From the NCBI GenBank assembly GCA_002421785.1, contig DIRZ01000001.1, positions 1-32,000 of the forward strand: a stretch of 32,000 bases of DNA, given 5' to 3'. The position numbers and the translations under genes were made by a program. Shown in pieces: positions 6,468-12,789 of the stretch (positions are counted from its first letter, which is position 1; every line of letters begins with the position of its first letter). The stretch is from Candidatus Saccharimonadota bacterium. GTDB lineage: Bacteria > Patescibacteriota > Saccharimonadia > Saccharimonadales > Saccharimonadaceae. The notes below the pieces were generated by a model. That model saw only the letters and a list, made by a program, of their open reading frames with translations, did no database searches and was not told the DNA's origin.

Positions 6468-6487
6468 GATACCTACGAAGATATTGT

Positions 6488-7048
6488 ATGCCATACACTA
6501 ATTCTGAAGACACCGACGAATCAATCGTCACGCGCACGGTAGCGGGTGATATTGACGCCTACGCCGAAATCGTACAGCGCTACGAAGCGAAACTGCACCG
6601 TTACGTCACCTACCTATGCCACAATCGCACGATGGCAGATGACGTCGTACAGGATACACTGATTAAAGCCTACCAGAACTTGAACGGGTTCAACCCGCAC
6701 TATAAGTTCTCGTCGTGGATATACCGTATCGCGCATAACGAAACGATGAACGCCATCAAAAAGATTCGCTATACAACAGACGACATCGACGAACTACCAG
6801 ACCAGCACTACGACCAGGGTGTCGAAGAGCTCATCGATAGCGATATACTGAAACAGCATGTCCGCGGCTGCCTGGACAAGCTGGACCCCAAGTATCGTGA
6901 AGTCGTGCAACTCATCTATTTTGAGCACATGAAATATGACGAAGCCAGTGATGTGCTACGCGTACCGACGTCCACAATCGGCGTGTGGCTGTCGCGGGCA
7001 AAGGCACAACTAAAGGAACTGTGTAGGCAGCAAGGAGTAAAGCGATGA
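6488..7048 (+). CDS. ECF-type RNA polymerase sigma factor (sigma-70 family, group 4)
   Basis: Region 2 (DDVVQDTLIKAYQNL...FSSWIYRIAHNETMNAIKK) and region 4 (YREVVQLIYFEHMKYDEASDVLRVPTSTIGVWLSRAK) are both present. Confidence 0.9.
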   Translation: MPYTNSEDTDESIVTRTVAGDIDAYAEIVQRYEAKLHRYVTYLCHNRTMADDVVQDTLIKAYQNLNGFNPHYKFSSWIYRIAHNETMNAIKKIRYTTDDIDELPDQHYDQGVEELIDSDILKQHVRGCLDKLDPKYREVVQLIYFEHMKYDEASDVLRVPTSTIGVWLSRAKAQLKELCRQQGVKR

Positions 7049-7527
7049 AAAAGCAAGCGACGACAACCAGCAGCCCCATCGGCAGGAGCGTGATGGATCA
7101 GATTAAGAGTGGCAAAGTACACATGAAACCACGCGCGTACTATTGGCTTCTGAGTCTCGTTACTATTAGCGCAGTCGTTCTGGCCGGAATCACCATGACA
7201 TACCTTTCGAGTATCGTGTTCTTTTGGCTGCGTGTCGTGACTGCAGACACGATGGCCTATGGCGCCCGAGCAAACCTGAATGATGCAATCGCATCGTTTC
7301 CATGGTGGGCCCTCATTGCCGCAGCCATCTTGCTCTACGTCGCTGTTTCGCTCGTTCGCAAACAAGGGCGCATGTACAAACACAAAACCAGCAGCATCGT
7401 TGCGGTGATTGTGGCGGGCGCGATTGTCCTCGGTTTTGTGCTGTCGCTCCTCAACATTGGCAACTCACACACACCAAATACCTTCAACAAACCAACCCCA
7501 GGCCAGGGGTGGCAGCGGAATCGTTGA
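7045..7527 (+). CDS. Polytopic membrane protein, putative anti-sigma factor (by position)
   Basis: Its ATG overlaps the sigma gene stop (ATGA). AAGGAG lies at 7032-7037. It has several hydrophobic helices. The function is inferred only from translational coupling to the ECF sigma gene. Confidence 0.7.
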   Translation: MKKQATTTSSPIGRSVMDQIKSGKVHMKPRAYYWLLSLVTISAVVLAGITMTYLSSIVFFWLRVVTADTMAYGARANLNDAIASFPWWALIAAAILLYVAVSLVRKQGRMYKHKTSSIVAVIVAGAIVLGFVLSLLNIGNSHTPNTFNKPTPGQGWQRNR

Positions 7528-7589
7528 AATAATTTTGCCCTCCTAGCTGTATCACACATGCAAACATAACGAATAAGGAGATTTGCATT

Positions 7590-8027
7590 ATGAAGAAATT
7601 ACTGACACTAGGAATCGCGACGCTCGCGGTGGCTGGCATCGCCGGCGCAAGCAGCCTGACGGTTTCCGCACTGAACAGCCCAGCCAACAGCATCAGCGCT
7701 CGCATGGGCGCAGGGCAGGGGAATGGTCGCCAATCGTCACTTGAATCACGAGCCGCCGTGCTCGGGATGAGTGCAGCTGACCTAGAAAAAGCCCTTGAAA
7801 CCAAAACCATGTCACAGATTGCTGTTGAGCGTGGACTCACCGAGGAAACGTTCCGGGCAAAAATGACCGAAGCAGCCAAAGCTAGGTGGGAAGCACGCGG
7901 GCTCAGTAGCGAAGAAATCGCCACGCGAATCGCTGAGCGTGAAGCACGCCACACTGCCAACGCAGCCGATCACGAGTTCGGCAGCGGTGACGGCAACCAT
8001 CAGGGTGGTTACGGTCGAAACCGTTAA
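7590..8027 (+). CDS. Secreted hypothetical protein (signal peptide, helical charged repeats)
   Basis: AAGGAG lies at 7575-7580. The N-terminal signal peptide is MKKLLTLGIATLAVAGIAGA. A terminator follows at 8044..8074. Confidence 0.75.
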   Translation: MKKLLTLGIATLAVAGIAGASSLTVSALNSPANSISARMGAGQGNGRQSSLESRAAVLGMSAADLEKALETKTMSQIAVERGLTEETFRAKMTEAAKARWEARGLSSEEIATRIAEREARHTANAADHEFGSGDGNHQGGYGRNR

Positions 8028-8043
8028 CCAAACCCTTGTACCT

Positions 8044-8074
8044 AAAAACCCTCTCACTAGCTGAGAGGGTTTTT
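8044..8074. terminator. Bidirectional intrinsic terminator
   Basis: AAAAACCCTCTCA and TGAGAGGGTTTTT form a stem with an A-run and a T-run on either side. It sits between convergent features. Confidence 0.7.
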
Positions 8075-8086
8075 GATAACCGCTCG

Positions 8087-8266
8087 CTACTCCATCTGCG
8101 AACTAATCTGAGCGAAGACGACAAACAGGCTCGTAAATACAACCGTCATCGCAATCGGCGCAGCCATCGACAACCAGTTTCGTCTACCAGGACGATAGGC
8201 ACGTAGCGTGAGGGAGTTCGTCACGACAGATATCGAACTGAGCGCCATCGCTAGCCCTGCCAGCCC
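8087..8266 (-). pseudogene. Remnant of a copper P1B-ATPase C-terminus (last ATPase TM plus an extra TM helix)
   Basis: [58 protein letters not shown]-stop parallels CopA residues ~911-969 ([58 protein letters not shown]). A 17-nt stretch is identical between the two (8235-8251 = 13631-13647). All upstream ATPase domains are missing. Confidence 0.7.
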
Positions 8267-8394
8267 GCCGGCGCTCGGAGCAGTCCTGATGTTGCCGTCG
8301 ACCATAACTGTAGCCATTAACTCACGGCTCTTGAGGCGCGTAGAACTCTCGTCGAAGTAGCCTGTACTAAGCACCGGCACCAAGACAGAGTAAA

Positions 8395-8423
8395 GTGACT
8401 TTCAACCCTATTTACGGTAAAAT
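8395..8423 (+). promoter_or_regulatory. Promoter GTGACT-17 nt-TAAAAT, with the -10 box 6 nt upstream of ATG 8430 (leaderless)
   Basis: The hexamers are at 8395-8400 and 8418-8423. There is no SD. Confidence 0.4.
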
Positions 8424-8429
8424 AGTAAT

Positions 8430-8798
8430 ATGGGAAGAGTTTTCTACAAAGCAGCAGCCATACTCGTACTCGCATTATTAAATGTGATGTCGTTAGGGAT
8501 GCATGCGGCAGCGGCCCTTCCGGTAAGCGCCAGGCATCCACAGAACACCCCTCATCATGCGGCGCCCGCTAGCTGTTCCGTATTATACTCAGTTGCACCT
8601 ACCGATGAAGTGGCTATTAAAGTGACAGATGAAGACGAGGATGACGAGCCCCAACCTCCGTATCATGCTCGAATCCAGAATTCCCCTCTCTTGGCGCTTC
8701 TTATTCGACATAATCAAGAGGCGCGATTTGCCAGCGCTCGAAATCCGCCGCCTAACAGCACACCCGCCTACATCAAACTGGCAGTATTCCGCACCTGA
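8430..8798 (+). CDS. Small secreted protein, paralogue of 18461..18823 (unknown family)
   Basis: It has a signal peptide (AAAILVLALLNVMSLGMHAAAA). With the 120-aa protein it shares His...Cys, an acidic-Pro core (EDEDDEPQPP..Y vs NEDKDEPTPPEAPY) and a hydrophobic C-terminus (YIKLAVFRT vs VILTVNLRI). Confidence 0.6.
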   Translation: MGRVFYKAAAILVLALLNVMSLGMHAAAALPVSARHPQNTPHHAAPASCSVLYSVAPTDEVAIKVTDEDEDDEPQPPYHARIQNSPLLALLIRHNQEARFASARNPPPNSTPAYIKLAVFRT

Positions 8799-8844
8799 AA
8801 TTCGCTATTTTCGATAACGGTAAATAGTTTATTAAGGAGTGGGT

Positions 8845-9498
8845 ATGAATAATAAGAACAAACGGGTACTTATCGTATCAGTAGTTGCAACATTACTCAT
8901 TGTAGGAGTTGCGGTTTTCGTGCTACGCGACTGGTTATTTAGAGGGGTATCAGAACAGTTCGTACGCGAAACGACGCAGGTAGATCGGTCTTCCGACACC
9001 TACAAGCAGTACGCGTTGATGACAGGTGAGATGTACGATCGTATGTTTATCGCCAATATGATTACCCATCACCAAGGCGCAGTCGATATGGCAAAGATGG
9101 CGCTTGAGAATGCCAAACACCAAGAGCTAAAAGACCTGGCAGAGGCCATTATTCTAGCCCAAGAGAAAGAAATTACAAGCATGACGGCATGGCAAAAAAA
9201 GTGGGGCTATCCATCCACCGAGGGTGATACTATGATGGATCATAGCTCGATGGGCATGATGCACAGCATGGACAGTATGAATGCCGAGCTTGCGGGTAGG
9301 ACGGGCGATACTTTCGACAAAGCATTCCTCGAACAGATGATTACACATCACCAATCTGCTATCGATATGGCCGCCCCCGGTGAAAAGAACGCCGAACACC
9401 AAGAGCTAAAAGATCTAACCAACGTTATTGTCACCAATCAAACAAAAGAAATTCAGCAAATGAAGAAATGGCAAAAGGAATGGGGGTATAAGAACTAA
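8845..9498 (+). CDS. DUF305 family protein (two-repeat, His-His motifs), membrane-anchored or secreted
   Basis: AAGGAG (8834-8839) precedes ATG 8845. The motifs ITHHQGAVDMA and ITHHQSAIDMA are each followed by HQELKDL...W(Q)KKWGY. Confidence 0.85.
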   Translation: MNNKNKRVLIVSVVATLLIVGVAVFVLRDWLFRGVSEQFVRETTQVDRSSDTYKQYALMTGEMYDRMFIANMITHHQGAVDMAKMALENAKHQELKDLAEAIILAQEKEITSMTAWQKKWGYPSTEGDTMMDHSSMGMMHSMDSMNAELAGRTGDTFDKAFLEQMITHHQSAIDMAAPGEKNAEHQELKDLTNVIVTNQTKEIQQMKKWQKEWGYKN

Positions 9499-9579
9499 GC
9501 CCTTGTTATTCGTACAGACAATACGGGTTTAGTACTGTCGTAATGTAACTGTTCGGACTACAGTAGTAAAAGGAGAAAG

Positions 9580-10212
9580 ATGCGGAAGATAGCAATAATG
9601 ATAATCGTCGTAGTGACATTTGGCGGGGTTGTCTCAGGCGTGTGGTTATTGCAAAATCAATCGCCTTCGTCACCTGAGGCGATACCCTCGTTAATTAATG
9701 GTAGTAAAAGGGTAATTAATCCAGATGAGCATAGCTATACTGACATAGATTTTGCACAGAAAATGATTGTTCATGATCAGCAGGGCATCCAGATGGCAGA
9801 TATAGCAACGCGGAACGCAGCGAATGAAGAGGTGCGCATCCTCGCAATGCGTATAAGCGAAGGGTTATCCCGCGACACCGATCAATACGCGAGCTGGTTA
9901 AAAGAATGGGACGAAAAGTATTTTAATCTTTCAGATTTCCCCGAAATGGATGGCCACGATATGTATCCGACTTTTTCCGGTATGGCAAGTTACGAGCAGA
10001 TGAGCGTACTTGCAACCGCATCTGGTAATGAGGCGGCCAAGCTGTTCTTGCAGATGGCTATAGTCCATCATGAGGGAGCTGCTGAAATGGCTAATAGTGT
10101 AGCATTTGAAAGTTTGCAGTTTGGTCAGATGGTCGATTTAAAGGCCAGTACACTTAGGCGACAGGCGGAAGAGATCCAGACGATGAAGCAGCTGCAAGCT
10201 AATATAGAATAA
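9580..10212 (+). CDS. DUF305 family protein (first motif degenerate: VHDQQGIQMA; second VHHEGAAEMA)
   Basis: AAAGGAG lies upstream. It has an N-terminal TM or signal sequence and the DUF305 repeat architecture. Confidence 0.8.
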   Translation: MRKIAIMIIVVVTFGGVVSGVWLLQNQSPSSPEAIPSLINGSKRVINPDEHSYTDIDFAQKMIVHDQQGIQMADIATRNAANEEVRILAMRISEGLSRDTDQYASWLKEWDEKYFNLSDFPEMDGHDMYPTFSGMASYEQMSVLATASGNEAAKLFLQMAIVHHEGAAEMANSVAFESLQFGQMVDLKASTLRRQAEEIQTMKQLQANIE

Positions 10213-10222
10213 GAAAGGTCAT

Positions 10223-10870
10223 ATGAAGAATAAGATCTTAATTACAATCATGGTCGTGCTTGCACTGGCGGCAAGTGTTATTTGGTATCTAGTAGCGACG
10301 CCCGACCAACAGCAGGTTGAGACAGCGCAGCTTGGCACGCCCTCCGCGACAAAACAAGAACCAGCCGTAAACAATAGTACATACGCTAGCTTAGAGGGAG
10401 ACGCACTTGATGAGGCGTACATTGCAGATATGCTTGCTCATCACGAGGCAGCGCTCAACATGGCGGAGCAGGCTCAAGCGGTAACGGCGCATAACGAGAT
10501 TCGCACGCTCGCAGGCAATATCATTCAGACCCAAAGCCAAGAGATGATGAACATGCGGACATGGCAAGTAGAATGGGGCTACGAAGCCACCACTAGTGGT
10601 GGACATATGAGTCACGGGGGCGGTGGTGCCGATATGGCCGGCGACATGGTCGAAATGCAGAATAAATTGCGAGATTTGACAGGAGAAGCTTACGATAAGG
10701 AGTTCTTGATACAGATGATTATCCACCATGAGCAGGCCGTTGAAATGTCGCGCTACGTAGCGACCAAGGCGCTACATCCAGAGCTCAAAGACCTTGCAAG
10801 CGCAGTTATAAGCGCCCAAACAGCAGAAATAAACCAGATGAAGCAGTGGCAAAAAGATTGGGGATATTAA
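10223..10870 (+). CDS. DUF305 family protein
   Basis: The motifs are LAHHEAALNMA and IHHEQAVEMS, with ...WQVEWGY and WQKDWGY. It has an N-terminal signal or anchor. Confidence 0.85.
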   Translation: MKNKILITIMVVLALAASVIWYLVATPDQQQVETAQLGTPSATKQEPAVNNSTYASLEGDALDEAYIADMLAHHEAALNMAEQAQAVTAHNEIRTLAGNIIQTQSQEMMNMRTWQVEWGYEATTSGGHMSHGGGGADMAGDMVEMQNKLRDLTGEAYDKEFLIQMIIHHEQAVEMSRYVATKALHPELKDLASAVISAQTAEINQMKQWQKDWGY

Positions 10871-11502
10871 GCCTTACCATCTCTTGCGGATGACTTCTCG
10901 AAATCTCGGACAACCTGAAATACAAGGCACGGTACCAAAACGATACCTAGTAGCCACCACCATAATGCAAAATAACCAATTTCCATACTAGTTCCTACGA
11001 CAAGGCCATGTATGAATATCGCAACCATGGCGATAGCTTGTGACACGCCGATATATGGCCACACACCGCGGGCAGTGAGCTGACGTCGAAAACGTCGGAA
11101 AACAGGGTAAAGCAAGAATGTCGCAAGTGCGGCCATCGCAAGTGCTATTGCCCAAGCACGAAGCGGCCCGACATAGCTCACATAGCTTTCCGGAGGAAGT
11201 AGCCCCGTGTCAAGAAAGCGCTGCGTGAGAAAAATACCAGGGTGTAGTATGATAAGCGAAAGGACAACTCGCCCCGTCCATCGAGAGAATCGTGCGTTAC
11301 TTCTCGCGCCGAATCTCACAGTAGTCGCTGTGACGCATTGCACCCACATCGTCACCCACGCAAGAATGCCGAGAATTGGGAAAAACTGATACAATGAACT
11401 AATTTCGCTCGATGATGTCAGCAGCCAGAGGGAAATACTGATGGCATAGACACCCCCGAGTAAAACCCAGTGCGAGTAATGTTTTGTGAAGTATTGTGCC
11501 AT
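10867..11502 (-). CDS. Six-TM integral membrane protein with His in TM3 and TM5 (ferric-reductase/MsrQ-like, putative heme b protein)
   Basis: There are six hydrophobic helices. Conserved-looking His residues occur in LIILHPGIF and IFIHGLVVG. Its stop overlaps the convergent DUF305 stop by 4 nt. The family assignment is tentative. Confidence 0.6.
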   Translation of the reverse strand: MAQYFTKHYSHWVLLGGVYAISISLWLLTSSSEISSLYQFFPILGILAWVTMWVQCVTATTVRFGARSNARFSRWTGRVVLSLIILHPGIFLTQRFLDTGLLPPESYVSYVGPLRAWAIALAMAALATFLLYPVFRRFRRQLTARGVWPYIGVSQAIAMVAIFIHGLVVGTSMEIGYFALWWWLLGIVLVPCLVFQVVRDFEKSSARDGKA

Positions 11503-11509
11503 ATGACTA

Positions 11510-11515
11510 ATTATA
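11510..11515 (-). promoter_or_regulatory. TATAAT (minus strand) 7 nt upstream of ATG 11502 (leaderless candidate)
   Basis: The minus strand reads cggTATAATtagtcatATG. There is no SD. Confidence 0.35.
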
Positions 11516-11537
11516 CCGAAGAAAGGAGTATAACGTT

Positions 11538-11936
11538 ATGAATAGGAAAACAGTCGCATTATTAGCAACCATCTTAATACTGAGCATAGCTATAGTAATT
11601 GGGGTCAGTGCCGGATTAAATCGTCAAGACCAAGAAACCACCCAGCAGGATGCACCGCAACCAACAAAGACGTTCACCGCAGAGGAAGTTGCCAGTCACA
11701 ACTCAAAGAACGACTGCTGGACAATCATATCCGGCCAAGTATACGATCTGACCGAGTACATAAATCGCCACCCCGGGAGTGATGAGATTCTTCGTGCCTG
11801 CGGAGCCGAGGCTACTACTCTTTTCGATGCCAGGCAGACGACAGATGGTAAGCCTGTCGGTTCCGGTGCGCCACATAGCCAAGCGGCTCGCGAGCAACTA
11901 GACCGACTTAAGATCGGGACACTAATAACTAATTAG
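11538..11936 (+). CDS. Membrane-anchored cytochrome b5-like heme-binding domain protein
   Basis: AAAGGAG lies upstream. The N-terminal anchor is VALLATILILSIAIVIGVSAG. The domain signature is FTAEEVASHNSKNDCWTIISGQVYDLTEYINRHPGS...TLFD...APHS. Confidence 0.85.
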   Translation: MNRKTVALLATILILSIAIVIGVSAGLNRQDQETTQQDAPQPTKTFTAEEVASHNSKNDCWTIISGQVYDLTEYINRHPGSDEILRACGAEATTLFDARQTTDGKPVGSGAPHSQAAREQLDRLKIGTLITN

Positions 11937-12188
11937 ATCGGTTTATTCGCGTAGAAATTTCTAGAACGCCACGTGGTTGACATGACAATACGTAACAAAT
12001 ACTGTCGTATTGGCATACCACTTGTAGCGCTGAAGCAATGAATCCAGGCTCTGTCTTTTATGTGGCAGAGCTAACTACTCATGCGTCAAATAAAAAAATT
12101 ACGAGAGCTCGATGATTTTATCATTTAAGTCCAATAACAAAAACCCATCATCTTTCGTGCGCGATTACTTCTGCTTGGTCCGGCGTTC

Positions 12189-12567
12189 TTGGCTGATATT
12201 GCGTATGATGATCAAAGGAACGTCATTCCCAGGGAGATATATCTCGATATCGATAGCGTACTGCCAGTGAATCAGTTAAGTGCAGCGAATTATACAGATG
12301 AATTCCTGCAAGCCATCCTAGAAAATATTCGTACACAACTCATTGGCTTACACCCCATAAGTGGCAGGGTAAAGATAGAGACAAGGATATACCAGCGCCA
12401 CACCTTAAACCCGAAACAGTGGTAGGGCTACTCGTTAAGGTTAAGCCGTCAGAATGGCACGACCTCAAAACAGATGCAATTGACTTTGAAAGCGATTTTC
12501 TATGGTTTGACGATGATCTTTGGCCGCAAGAACTGAAGGTACTTGAGAAGCACGAAGCAATCGAATA
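12189..12567 (+). pseudogene. Possible decayed HAD-like hydrolase gene (frameshifted)
   Basis: Frame A (TTG 12189..12425) contains EIYLDIDSVL, which resembles a DxDxV/T motif. Frame B (12409..12567) contains FLWFDDDLWPQELKVLEKH. There is no ATG, SD or promoter, and the two pieces are in different frames. Confidence 0.3.
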
Positions 12568-12715
12568 GCCTATCATTGTCGACCTCAATAAAGACCCTGA
12601 TATTCTACAAAAACTTACCCAAGTCATTAAGAGCTCATAGGCATCTAGTCTAATTCCACTTATATAGTCTGAGCAAACTTCTCATTTTACGGGCAAGGTT
12701 ACTTCAGCTAACTTA

Positions 12716-12743
12716 CCAAACCACGTCAGGAGCCGTGGTTTGG
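12716..12743 (-). terminator. Hairpin downstream of copA
   Basis: CCAAACCACG and CGTGGTTTGG form a perfect 10-bp stem 47 nt past the copA stop. The U-tract is weak. Confidence 0.45.
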
Positions 12744-12789
12744 TAATAATATATACGGCTAAGAGCACTAGGATCTAGCCTATCTCAAG

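Noticed and set aside
6916-7960. Minus-strand ORFs 6916..7383 and 7484..7960 (155 and 158 aa)
   Set aside because: They are antisense to the translationally coupled sigma / membrane protein pair and to the signal-peptide protein. They have no start signals and low-complexity composition.
8267-8383. N-terminal part of the 98-aa ORF 8087..8383
   Set aside because: It has no similarity to ATPases. It probably only extends the reading frame of the remnant by chance, so the feature is called a pseudogene fragment rather than a small gene.
12340-12627. 95-aa minus-strand ORF
   Set aside because: It is Ser-rich and low-complexity, has no signals, and overlaps the HAD-like fragments on the other strand.
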